Below are positions 38,243-46,385 of a DNA stretch of 64,000 bases, in pieces. This DNA comes from an uncultured Bacteroidales bacterium (GTDB lineage: Bacteria > Bacteroidota > Bacteroidia > Bacteroidales > CHK158-818): the NCBI GenBank assembly GCA_949300615.1, contig CASGEW010000006.1, positions 2,470-66,469 of the forward strand, read 5' to 3'. Below the pieces are notes generated by a model, which saw nothing but the letters and a program-made list of their open reading frames with translations, was not told the DNA's origin and ran no database searches. A program made the position numbers and the translations under genes. Numbering within the stretch: position 1 is the stretch's first letter; every line of letters starts with the position of its first letter.

Positions 38243-38250
38243 CAAAGGTA
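38243..38250 (-). promoter_or_regulatory. candidate -7 promoter box (TACCTTTG on minus strand) for rnpB
   Basis: The plus strand reads CAAAGGTA, 9 nt upstream of the predicted rnpB 5' end. That is the spacing expected between a -7 box and the transcription start. Confidence 0.55.
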
Positions 38251-38563
38251 ATATAATTTTATTGTATTACAAGCGCTTAGTTGTATTGCATAGAAAACAT
38301 ATTATATATACTACCAAGCATTACAAATTACCGTTCATTATCAGACATTTTATAATTATTGCAAAAAGACAAAATAGCAGTTTCGAGTGAAAATTTGTCA
38401 TTTCGACGCTGTTTTTCCGTTAAGCGCTGTTAAGGGAGAATCCTGGGTATTAAATCTGTTTAAAAAGTGGGGGTGAAATGAATTATCGCACGAATATTGT
38501 TCTAATTTTAACGTGTCGACAACTTAAATACAAGTATTAATTAACATTTTAAGGATAATCATT

Positions 38564-40036
38564 ATGAAAAAAGTATTCAGCTTTATTTTAGTAGCTCTTA
38601 TAAGCTCTGCCGTATCCATCGGTACCTTTATGTGGCTCAACAATAATGAGCCGAACCATAATAGCTCCGCACCAGAACCTTCTGTAAAAGCCAATGCTTG
38701 GCCGGCAGCATTCGCCCCGGCATCGAGCCAAGCCATAGAAACCGACTTTACCAAAGCTGCCGAAGAGGTGGTACACGCCGTGGTACATATCAAATCGACT
38801 AAAATGCCCGATCAACAGTCTCGAAGCTTTTACGGCAATCCTTTCTTCGATCAATTCTTCGGAGGGCAGGGTTACTCCCAACAACCGCGTGTAGGAATGG
38901 GATCGGGCGTAATCATCACCAAAGACGGTTACATCGTTACCAATAACCACGTTATCAAAGAGTCGGACGAATTGGAAGTTACCTTGAACGATAACCGTAC
39001 ATTCAACGCCAAAGTCATCGGGACCGACGAGGCTACGGACTTGGCCCTGTTAAAAATCGAAGCAGAAGACCTGCCGATTGTAAAAATGGGCGACTCGGAC
39101 AAATTAAAAGTGGGCGAATGGGTACTGGCTGTCGGTAATCCGTTCCAGTTGAACTCTACGGTTACAGCTGGTATTGTCAGTGCCAAGGCCCGTAACGTGG
39201 GTATGAGCGGCAATATGGGAATAGAATCGTACATACAAACCGACGCTGCCGTTAATCCGGGCAACAGTGGAGGAGCTTTGGTAAATACCAAAGGTGAATT
39301 GGTAGGAATCAATACGGCTTTGATTTCCGAAACCGGAAACTACGCCGGATGTTCTTTCGCCGTACCGTCAAGTATCGTTGCCAAAGTCGTATCGGACATC
39401 AAACAATACGGAAACGTACAACGGGCCATGTTGGGCATACGCATCAGCGACATCAACGAAGAGTTGGCCAAGGAAAAGAACTTGACCACCAAAGAGGGTG
39501 TATATATCGGTGTGGTTGAAGAACGCGGCGCTGCCATGGATGCCGGATTGGAAGAGGGAGATGTAATCGTGGGTATCAACGGCGTAAAGACCAAAAATAC
39601 GGGTGTATTGCAAGAACAAATCAGCCGTTACCGTCCGGGAGACAAAATCACGGTAGAGTATATCCGGGATGGCAAATCGAACAAAAAAGAGATTACCTTG
39701 CGTAATTACAAAGGAAATACCGAAATCATCAAAGGCACCGGAATAGAGGTTCTCGGAGCAGCGTTCAAAGAGCTCTCCGACAGCGAACGGCGTGAATACG
39801 GCCTGCGCTCAGGAGTACAGGTGGACGGTATCAAAGAGGGGAAATTCCGCGAAGCGGGTATCCGGGACGGATTTATCATCTTGCGTATCAACGATAATAC
39901 CGTCAGCTCGGCAAAAGATGTAGAAAAGATCTACGACAGCATCATGAAAAGACAATCGGCCGAAAAAGTGATGTTCATTGCCGGAATATACCCGAACGGT
40001 AAAGCAGGTTATTACGCCGTAAACTTAACTGATTAA
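38564..40036 (+). CDS. Do/HtrA-family serine endopeptidase with two PDZ domains
   Basis: The motifs TNNHV, DLALLK and GNSGGAL form the catalytic triad context. PDZ-like regions occupy the C-terminus. Confidence 0.9.
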   Translation: MKKVFSFILVALISSAVSIGTFMWLNNNEPNHNSSAPEPSVKANAWPAAFAPASSQAIETDFTKAAEEVVHAVVHIKSTKMPDQQSRSFYGNPFFDQFFGGQGYSQQPRVGMGSGVIITKDGYIVTNNHVIKESDELEVTLNDNRTFNAKVIGTDEATDLALLKIEAEDLPIVKMGDSDKLKVGEWVLAVGNPFQLNSTVTAGIVSAKARNVGMSGNMGIESYIQTDAAVNPGNSGGALVNTKGELVGINTALISETGNYAGCSFAVPSSIVAKVVSDIKQYGNVQRAMLGIRISDINEELAKEKNLTTKEGVYIGVVEERGAAMDAGLEEGDVIVGINGVKTKNTGVLQEQISRYRPGDKITVEYIRDGKSNKKEITLRNYKGNTEIIKGTGIEVLGAAFKELSDSERREYGLRSGVQVDGIKEGKFREAGIRDGFIILRINDNTVSSAKDVEKIYDSIMKRQSAEKVMFIAGIYPNGKAGYYAVNLTD

Positions 40037-40065
40037 CAACGGGTTAAATACCTTTTATCAGACCA

Positions 40066-40110
40066 ACAGGCTTTTACCCATTCATAAATTTGAGTAAAAG
40101 CCTGTTTTTC
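40066..40110 (+). terminator. rho-independent terminator
   Basis: The stem is ACAGGCTTTTAC/GTAAAAGCCTGT (12 bp), followed by TTTT. Confidence 0.7.
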
Positions 40111-40264
40111 AAAGAATAAAAAGTAAAAATATAGCTAACTGGGAAAACAAATATACAAAAACGTTCATTTGACAAATAAGCAGAAAACAAAATCTGAAAA
40201 TGCCAAATTACCTGTTCAGATTCGTTTTCGCAAAAAACCTATTTGTTAAATGCCAAATAATAAC

Positions 40265-40272
40265 TATATTTG
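40265..40272 (+). promoter_or_regulatory. candidate -7 promoter box TATATTTG
   Basis: This is an exact TAnnTTTG match 24 nt upstream of the rpoD ATG at 40296. Confidence 0.5.
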
Positions 40273-40295
40273 CGCTCCAAACTTCTTTGCGTAGA

Positions 40296-41156
40296 ATGAG
40301 ACAGTTAAAGATCACAAAATCTATCACAAACAGAGAGAGTGCTTCGCTTGACAAGTATCTTCAAGAAATCGGTAGGGAAGACTTGATTACGGTAGAAGAA
40401 GAGGTAGAACTCGCTCAGCGTATCAAAAAAGGAGACCGCGCCGCGTTGGAAAAACTGACACGCGCCAATCTTCGGTTTGTGGTTTCGGTGGCCAAACAGT
40501 ACCAGAATCAGGGGTTAAGTCTGCCTGACCTGATCAACGAAGGGAATCTGGGACTGATTAAAGCTGCCGAGAAATTCGACGAAACCCGAGGATTCAAATT
40601 TATTTCATACGCTGTGTGGTGGATACGTCAGTCTATTCTTCAAGCATTGGCCGAACAATCTCGTATTGTTCGTTTACCGCTCAACCAGGTAGGCTCGCTG
40701 AATAAAATCAGTAAAGCCTTTTCCAAATTCGAGCAGGAAAACGAACGCCGCCCCTCGCCCGAAGAGTTGGCGGAAGAGTTGGATATCCCCGTAGATAAAA
40801 TTTCGGACACCATGAAGGTATCCGGACGTCATATCTCGGTGGATGCGCCTTTTATCGAAGGAGAAGACAATAGTTTGCTGGACGTACTCATCAACGACGA
40901 TTCACCCATTGCCGACCGTTCGCTCATCAACGAGTCTCTCGCAAAAGAAATTGACAGGGCTCTTGCTACTTTAACCGAAAGAGAGTGCGATATTATCAAA
41001 ATGTTTTTCGGTATCGGATGTCAGGAAATGACACTGGAAGAGATCGGCGATAAATTCGGCCTCACCAGAGAGCGCGTACGCCAGATTAAAGAAAAAGCCA
41101 TTAGAAGATTGAGACAAAGTTCACGTAGCAAGCTGCTCAAAACTTATTTGGGATAA
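40296..41156 (+). CDS. rpoD: primary RNA polymerase sigma factor (Bacteroidota short RpoD)
   Basis: I trimmed ORF 40200..41156 to the ATG at 40296 ([15 protein letters not shown]). Sigma-70 regions 2-4 are present ([32 protein letters not shown]). Confidence 0.95.
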   Translation: MRQLKITKSITNRESASLDKYLQEIGREDLITVEEEVELAQRIKKGDRAALEKLTRANLRFVVSVAKQYQNQGLSLPDLINEGNLGLIKAAEKFDETRGFKFISYAVWWIRQSILQALAEQSRIVRLPLNQVGSLNKISKAFSKFEQENERRPSPEELAEELDIPVDKISDTMKVSGRHISVDAPFIEGEDNSLLDVLINDDSPIADRSLINESLAKEIDRALATLTERECDIIKMFFGIGCQEMTLEEIGDKFGLTRERVRQIKEKAIRRLRQSSRSKLLKTYLG

Positions 41157-41253
41157 ATGTCCCTTTATTCTTTCTACATTTGAAAGAGAAAAAATTAACG
41201 AATTGATTATCCGGGAGGATGCGTCAGTTCGTTATTTTTTTTATCCTATTTTC

Positions 41254-41294
41254 AAAAGAGAAAGGCCGAACCCAATGTTCGGCCTTTCTCTTTT
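41254..41294. terminator. bidirectional terminator
   Basis: The sequence AAAGAGAAAGGCCGAACccaatGTTCGGCCTTTCTCTTT forms a 17-bp stem. It lies between convergent rpoD and the Lrp-family gene. Confidence 0.8.
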
Positions 41295-41342
41295 GAACTA
41301 TAAAAAATTTACATCTCTATACGCTATCTTGTTCGCGCGAGA

Positions 41343-41825
41343 TTAATCTTCGTCATCCTCTTCCAGGTCTTCAATGGGAGGCTGGCGTTTAAATACCTCT
41401 TTAAAAGAAATGAGCGACTCGGTCCGCGCCAACCCGAGCGGTTGCAATTTGGTATGGATGATTTTCAATAAATGGGCATTATTGCGGGCATATATCTTGA
41501 TAAACATATCGTATTGTCCGGTAGTATAATGACATTCTACTACTTCGGGTATCTTTTTCAGGGCTTCGAGCACAGTTGCAAACTGTCCGGGGTTTTGCAG
41601 ATACAGTCCCATGTAGGCACACGTTTCAAACCCGATCTTATTGGAATCCAGAATATATTCCGATCCTTTTATGATACCGATGGATATCAATTTTTGCACC
41701 CGTTGGTGTATGGCTGCACCCGATACGTTACACTCCCGGGCTATCTCCAAAAAGGGGATTCGGGCATTCCCGGAGATTAATTTCAGTATCTTATAATCCA
41801 AACTATCTAACTGATGGTGTCCCAT
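41343..41825 (-). CDS. Lrp/AsnC-family transcriptional regulator
   Basis: The N-terminal HTH region is LDSLDYKILKLISGNARIPFLEIARECNVSGAAIHQRVQKL. A RAM domain follows. Confidence 0.9.
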   Translation of the reverse strand: MGHHQLDSLDYKILKLISGNARIPFLEIARECNVSGAAIHQRVQKLISIGIIKGSEYILDSNKIGFETCAYMGLYLQNPGQFATVLEALKKIPEVVECHYTTGQYDMFIKIYARNNAHLLKIIHTKLQPLGLARTESLISFKEVFKRQPPIEDLEEDDED

Positions 41826-41874
41826 ATTTTTTTCTAATTATTGATACAAATCTTTTTATTGCACGACTTGCCCC

Positions 41875-42699
41875 CTACTGCAAAATTTGGAGTAACTTAT
41901 CCAATTGCGGAGCCATGATAATCTCGGTACGCCGATTCTTTGAACGACCCTCATCGGTAGAATTATCGTCAACGGGCATAAACTCGCCTCGTCCCGAGGG
42001 GACAATCTGTAACGGGTTCACGCCATAATCTTCCGTCAGGATACGAACTACCGACGTGGCCCGGATAACACTCAAATCCCAATTATCCTTGAACTGGGAC
42101 GTTTTGATAGGTTTGTTATCGGTATGTCCTTCTATAAAGACATCTATCTCACTCTGTTTTTTGAGCACCTCGGCCAGTTTTTCCAACGCCTCTTTTCCCC
42201 GGTCATCGACTTTGGCACTACCCGACTTGAAGAGCAACTTGTCGGACATGGCCACATATACCTTTCCGTTCTTTTGCGTAACACTCAATTCGTCGCTGCT
42301 AAACCCCATCAAGGCATCTTTGACGCTCGACAACAACATATCCACCTTTTCATTCTGGGCGTTGATCATCGATTGCAAATCATTGATGGTGTTTTCCCGG
42401 TCTTTGAGCTGGTCCATTTTTTCTTTCAATGCCAAACTCAGCTTCTCGTGCTCGGAGATATTGGAGTTGAGCAACCCCCGATATTCTCGAATCACTTTGC
42501 CTTGCGCCGCTGTATCCTGTTCAAGTTGTTTTATCTGTTCTGCGGTTCTTTGCTGCAACTGTTCCAAATCTTGCTTCAACGAACGGCTATAATCCAGCGC
42601 CTCTAACCGCCCGGTTTCTGCCTCCATATATTTCTTCTTTGTAACACAAGAGGTTGAAAGCAGAAATAGAGTGATGGTCAAAAACATAAATCCTTTCAT
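41875..42699 (-). CDS. OmpA-family lipoprotein with N-terminal coiled coil
   Basis: A lipobox (LLSTSC) is present. The C-terminal OmpA-like motif is GHTDN...N..LS..RA..V. Confidence 0.8.
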   Translation of the reverse strand: MKGFMFLTITLFLLSTSCVTKKKYMEAETGRLEALDYSRSLKQDLEQLQQRTAEQIKQLEQDTAAQGKVIREYRGLLNSNISEHEKLSLALKEKMDQLKDRENTINDLQSMINAQNEKVDMLLSSVKDALMGFSSDELSVTQKNGKVYVAMSDKLLFKSGSAKVDDRGKEALEKLAEVLKKQSEIDVFIEGHTDNKPIKTSQFKDNWDLSVIRATSVVRILTEDYGVNPLQIVPSGRGEFMPVDDNSTDEGRSKNRRTEIIMAPQLDKLLQILQ

Positions 42700-42728
42700 A
42701 AACTTCCTCTTTTTATTTCGATTTGATG

Positions 42729-42736
42729 CAAATTTA
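42729..42736 (-). promoter_or_regulatory. candidate -7 promoter box (TAAATTTG on minus strand)
   Basis: The plus strand reads CAAATTTA, 30 nt upstream of the ATG at 42699. Confidence 0.4.
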
Positions 42737-42890
42737 TAATAAATATCGACAAAATAACACGCCGGGCGATGATTTATTTTTACACTAAGCCATTTACAAA
42801 AATGTTTTGGTTTGGCTTGACGATAAAAAAGATGTAATTTAGCCGCACAAATAACCGATGTTGATTCGACTATACTAATTTTTTCAAGAA

Positions 42891-44084
42891 ATGCAAAACA
42901 TCATTCTTTTCGATCATCCGGAAATACACCAAAGTTTGTTGCCACTGACTTTTACCCGTCCCACTGCCGACTTGCGTATCGGCATACTTACCATCCGGGA
43001 GAAATGGGAACGCTGTTTACCGGGAAGTTATTCGTACCTGACTGAATCGTATCTGAGCAAAAAATATCCGACGCACACGCAAGCGTGCAACCTGTTCGTG
43101 GCAGGACACGTATTACCTACCGACGAGCTGGTGAATATTGCCCAAAAGCTCCAACCCGGAGAATCGTGCCAATCCGACGGCAAAGTAATCCTTTACAAGG
43201 GCTCTTTGGAAACGTTCCAGCAGCAACAGTTCAGCCGGATAATCGAGTTAAAGGAGCCGCTCTTCTGCATTGAAATGCTCTACGACATTTTTTTAAAAAA
43301 CGATGCGGCCATAGAGCAGGATTTTCGTCGGATAACCACCGGTCGGGAATCGGCCCCTCTCAGCCCGACAAATACAGTTATCGGAGAGACTACCTATCCC
43401 GATGGACTACCGAAGATATTCATCGAAGAGGGTGCTTCGGTCGAATGTTGTTTTTTGAACCTGAACGAAGGCCCTATATATATAGGTAAAGAGGCCGAGC
43501 TGATGGAAGGGTGTTGCATACGTGCCCCCTTTGCCGCCTGCCAGCACGCCGTAGCCAAGATGGGATGCAAAATCTACGGTGCTACTACTCTGGGGCCCTA
43601 TTGCAAGGTAGGGGGAGAGTTGAGCAACGTAGTTATGATCGGCTACTCGAACAAGGCCCACGACGGATTTTTAGGGAACGCCGTAATCGGCGAATGGTGC
43701 AACCTCGGAGCAGGCACGACGGCCTCAAACCTGAAAAACGATTATGCCGAGATCAAGCTCTGGCACTACCCTTCCCACCGCTTCCTGCGTACCGGGCTTC
43801 AATTCTGCGGGCTGATCATGGGCGACCATTCCAAGGCGGGAATCAACTGTATGTTCAACACGGCAACGGTTATCGGCGTAGGGGTCAATATATACGGAGC
43901 TGGATTCCCCCGCAATTTCGTGGCATCGTTCAGCGAAGGAGGTACTTCGGGATTCAACGATGTGGCGTTGAGTAAATTTTTCGCCACGGCCGAAAAGATG
44001 ATGCATCGCCGCAACATCGAACTAACGGAGGTTGACAAAGAGATTTTCGAGTCTATTTATCACCAGGCAGAAAATTTCAAATAA
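42891..44084 (+). CDS. putative sugar nucleotidyltransferase (GlmU-like, left-handed beta-helix C-terminus)
   Basis: The N-terminus ILFDHPEIHQSLLPLTFTRPTADLRIGILTIREKWE is typical of the Bacteroidota putative sugar nucleotidyl transferase family. Hexapeptide repeats occupy the C-terminus. Confidence 0.65.
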   Translation: MQNIILFDHPEIHQSLLPLTFTRPTADLRIGILTIREKWERCLPGSYSYLTESYLSKKYPTHTQACNLFVAGHVLPTDELVNIAQKLQPGESCQSDGKVILYKGSLETFQQQQFSRIIELKEPLFCIEMLYDIFLKNDAAIEQDFRRITTGRESAPLSPTNTVIGETTYPDGLPKIFIEEGASVECCFLNLNEGPIYIGKEAELMEGCCIRAPFAACQHAVAKMGCKIYGATTLGPYCKVGGELSNVVMIGYSNKAHDGFLGNAVIGEWCNLGAGTTASNLKNDYAEIKLWHYPSHRFLRTGLQFCGLIMGDHSKAGINCMFNTATVIGVGVNIYGAGFPRNFVASFSEGGTSGFNDVALSKFFATAEKMMHRRNIELTEVDKEIFESIYHQAENFK

Positions 44085-44112
44085 CCGCCGTACAGACACG
44101 ACAAGATAGAGG

Positions 44113-44148
44113 AAACAGAGGTGCAAAAAAATGCGCCTCTGTTTTTTT
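44113..44148 (+). terminator. rho-independent terminator
   Basis: The stem is ACAGAGG(44115-44121)/CCTCTGT(44135-44141), followed by T7. Confidence 0.7.
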
Positions 44149-44232
44149 ATACCATTCTTCCAAAGGTTCTGTATAAAAGAGAAAGAACGTTAAGCCAATT
44201 TTCCAGATTCTCCCCGTTTTCATGCCGCCAAG

Positions 44233-44247
44233 TACTTTTGTAGGTAA
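44233..44247 (+). promoter_or_regulatory. -7 promoter box TACTTTTG; also the left arm (TACTTTTGTAGGTAA) of an imperfect inverted repeat with 45082-45096
   Basis: This is an exact TAnnTTTG match 41 nt upstream of the recombinase ATG. It shares 13 of 15 positions with the reverse complement of 45082-45096. Confidence 0.45.
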
Positions 44248-44280
44248 GGCAATGTCGCCTTAACTAAAAAACTTCACATT

Positions 44281-44931
44281 ATGACAATAGGTTATTTACG
44301 GGTCAGTACGGGGAAGCAGCATCCTGCCAACCAACAAGATGAAATCAAGCGATTCGCCACGAGCAGACACTGGACGATCGACACCTGGGTTACAGAGGTT
44401 GTCAGCGGCAAAAAAAGAGGACAGGACCGGAAATTGGGGGCGTTATTACGAAAGATGAAACAGGGCGACACGTTAATCGTTACAGAAATTTCCCGTCTGA
44501 GCCGAACACTTACCGATGTAATGGCCATCATGGACAAATGTTTAAAAAAGGGGATCAACCTCTATACCACCAAAGAGGGATACACTTTCGACGATTCCAT
44601 CAACAGCAAAGTATTGTGTTTCGCGTTCGGACTTGTGGCGGAAATAGAACGCAACCTGATTTCGATGCGGACCAAAGAGGCCTTAACCCTGCGCAAAGCT
44701 AATGGAATGGTACTGGGACGGCGGAAAGGCTCTTATACCAAACTCAACGTACTGATTGATAACAAACAAAAAATCATCCAGATGCTCGACCAAGGTGTAT
44801 CCATTACACAAATTTGCAAACGTTATGCCCTTTCCCGCGATACGTTCGACAAATTCAAACGCCGTTTCCCATCCGTTCAACAAGCCGTAAACGGAAAAAG
44901 GTACAGGTTTAAGAAACAAAATCCCTTCTAA
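44281..44931 (+). CDS. small serine recombinase (resolvase/invertase family; Mpi/Hin-like DNA invertase)
   Basis: The N-terminus MTIGYLRVSTGKQ contains the catalytic Ser. The motifs GDTLIVTEISRLSR and AEIERNLISMRTKEAL follow, and a C-terminal HTH is present (ITQICKRYALSRDTFDKF). The protein is 216 aa. Confidence 0.9.
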   Translation: MTIGYLRVSTGKQHPANQQDEIKRFATSRHWTIDTWVTEVVSGKKRGQDRKLGALLRKMKQGDTLIVTEISRLSRTLTDVMAIMDKCLKKGINLYTTKEGYTFDDSINSKVLCFAFGLVAEIERNLISMRTKEALTLRKANGMVLGRRKGSYTKLNVLIDNKQKIIQMLDQGVSITQICKRYALSRDTFDKFKRRFPSVQQAVNGKRYRFKKQNPF

Positions 44932-44935
44932 ACAG

Positions 44936-44963
44936 AAAAGCTGCGAAGATTTCGCAGCTTTTC
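44936..44963 (+). terminator. rho-independent terminator after the recombinase gene
   Basis: The sequence is AAAAGCTGCGAAgatTTCGCAGCTTTT, with a 9-bp stem and 3-nt loop. Confidence 0.7.
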
Positions 44964-45037
44964 CCCTCATTATTTCTTGATCAGAAAAAATAAAAATCTA
45001 TATTATAATCCCAAAAACCGTGCCTGACATCAAAGTC

Positions 45038-45065
45038 TTTGGTTCCGCTTGTTGAAAAAAGCGGA
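45038..45065. repeat. hairpin element sharing a 14-nt and an 11-nt match with 29830-29850
   Basis: Its stem is CCGCTT/AAGCGG. TTGAAAAAAGCGGA (45052-45065) is identical to 29830-29843. TTTGGTTCCGC (45038-45048) is the reverse complement of 29839-29849. Confidence 0.5.
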
Positions 45066-45081
45066 GAAAAAAGGTTGGTAT

Positions 45082-45096
45082 TTATCTGCAAAAGTA
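45082..45096 (-). promoter_or_regulatory. leftward-facing -7 box (TACTTTTG on minus strand, 45089-45096) within the right arm of the inverted repeat
   Basis: The plus strand reads TTATCTGCAAAAGTA, whose reverse complement is TACTTTTGCAGATAA. No minus-strand gene lies to its left. No forward TAnnTTTG exists between 44932 and 45248. Confidence 0.4.
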
Positions 45097-45248
45097 AAAC
45101 GTTGTTTTGTATTTCGCAAGGAATTTTATGAAAAAATTTTATGAATTATTTATGAGTAATTTATAAAACTTCGTCCTCCTCTCTCCAATAACTCTTCTTT
45201 ACACGGTTTAATATCAAGAAAAAACCAACCATTAAAACGGCACGATTA

Positions 45249-46373
45249 ATGAGTCTAAAAAATAAGGTATCCACATCTTTATTTTTCCTCTTTCTTGCTT
45301 GCATCTGTACGGCACAAGGTCAGGAGAACACACTGAGCAGTAAACAAGCCGTTCGAGGAGATACAGCCATTTTCCGATTTGTTCCCAAAGAAGAGATGTT
45401 CTGGGCCACCTACAAAGGAAACACTACGGCCATCGAATTTTTCACCCAACAGATACGACGGTATTTGTCGTCTATTCAGACGGGAGAGATGAAAGTGCGG
45501 GTACTGGGTTTTTGTGACTCTTACGACACCTTTGAAGAGAATCTGGCTGCGGCCAAAAACCGAAGCAACCAGGTAAAATCTTATTTTATCGTACACGAAG
45601 GGTTGAAAGAAGAACATTTCAAAACCACCAACTCCACCCGGCAATGGCAGAATATGTCGGATGTAATTGCCGTGGCCTATCTGTTTGAAACTTCCGGGAA
45701 GCCTCTACAACAGCCACAAGATACCCTCTCGCAAGAGAAAGATACCATCCCTGCAATTCAAAGGGAAAAACAACCCGACACCCATACCCCACCACACACC
45801 GAACGCTCCAATGTCTCCCGACAGGAGCCATTGACCGACAAAGCTCTTCCGGTAGCAGATCGGGACGAACCGGCATCCTCCTACCGATGGGCTATCAAGA
45901 CCAATCTGGCCTATGCGGCTGCTACCGTTGCCAATTTAGGTATTGAGTTTGGTTTCGGAGAGCACTATTCGATAGACTTACCGGTTATTTACAGCCCATA
46001 CACCGTGGCCCGAAATTACCGTTTGCGTTTTCTGGTCTTCCAGCCCGAGTTCCGCTACTGGATGGATAGTCCCATGAAAGGGCATTTCTTCGGAGCACAC
46101 CTCCACGCCGGAGCATTCAACATCTCCGTTGACGGGAAGAACCGTTACCAGTCGCCCGACGGCTTTTACGGAGCCGGTATCAGTTACGGCTATATGTTGC
46201 CTTTTGCCCGTCATTGGGCGGCAGAATTTACCATCGGTGCCGGGTACGTCCATACCCAATACGACACCTATTACAATATTCCGAACGGAGCCCGTTACGA
46301 AAAAGGTACTTCCTACAACTATTGGGGGCTTACCAAAGCCGGGATCGGGTTGGTTTATACTTTCGGGAAATAA
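45249..46373 (+). CDS. DUF3575 domain protein (OM beta-barrel-like C-terminus) with N-terminal domain and Pro/Gln/Glu-rich linker
   Basis: The protein has a signal peptide. The C-terminal segment YRWAIKTNLAYAAATVANLGIEFGFGEHYSIDL...GLVYTFGK matches my memory of DUF3575 proteins found at Bacteroidales fimbrial loci. Confidence 0.7.
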   Translation: MSLKNKVSTSLFFLFLACICTAQGQENTLSSKQAVRGDTAIFRFVPKEEMFWATYKGNTTAIEFFTQQIRRYLSSIQTGEMKVRVLGFCDSYDTFEENLAAAKNRSNQVKSYFIVHEGLKEEHFKTTNSTRQWQNMSDVIAVAYLFETSGKPLQQPQDTLSQEKDTIPAIQREKQPDTHTPPHTERSNVSRQEPLTDKALPVADRDEPASSYRWAIKTNLAYAAATVANLGIEFGFGEHYSIDLPVIYSPYTVARNYRLRFLVFQPEFRYWMDSPMKGHFFGAHLHAGAFNISVDGKNRYQSPDGFYGAGISYGYMLPFARHWAAEFTIGAGYVHTQYDTYYNIPNGARYEKGTSYNYWGLTKAGIGLVYTFGK

Positions 46374-46385
46374 GGAGGAGAGGCT

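Noticed and set aside
38172-38390. 72-aa ORF between rnpB and htrA; also 57..275 (72 aa) and 51439..51630 (63 aa)
   Set aside because: These overlap an RNA gene or promoter region, a real minus-strand gene, or terminator hairpins respectively. Their translations are low-complexity.
40200-40295. N-terminal extensions in the ORF track (also 776-802, 575-682, 7169-7180, 37867-37884, 52655-52747)
   Set aside because: The extensions start at non-ATG codons or run through promoter boxes. They add non-homologous or hydrophobic junk ahead of a canonical N-terminus or signal peptide, so I used the internal ATGs instead.
45005-45030. Resemblance of TAATCCCAAAAACC to hix/gix half-sites (TTATC(A/C)AAAACC)
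   Set aside because: No dyad-symmetric second half-site follows after a 2-bp core. Similar A-tract-CC strings at 45213-45226 also lack symmetry, so this is probably compositional.
45094-45110. Possible Mpi-type recombination core (consensus ARACGTWCGT as I recall it from B. fragilis)
   Set aside because: The best local match, AAACGTTGTT (45097-45106), fits only 8 of 10 positions and has no inverted partner. A 9/10 match (GAACGTTCGT, complement of ~6403-6412) lies inside a coding region far away. This is not usable as evidence.
44973-45230. Short inverted repeats (7-9 bp) flanking the reverse -7 box
   Set aside because: Their lengths are near chance expectation for a ~300-bp AT-rich region. 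The three pairs are not colinear, so they cannot form one long IR. I mention them only as candidate breakpoints to test.
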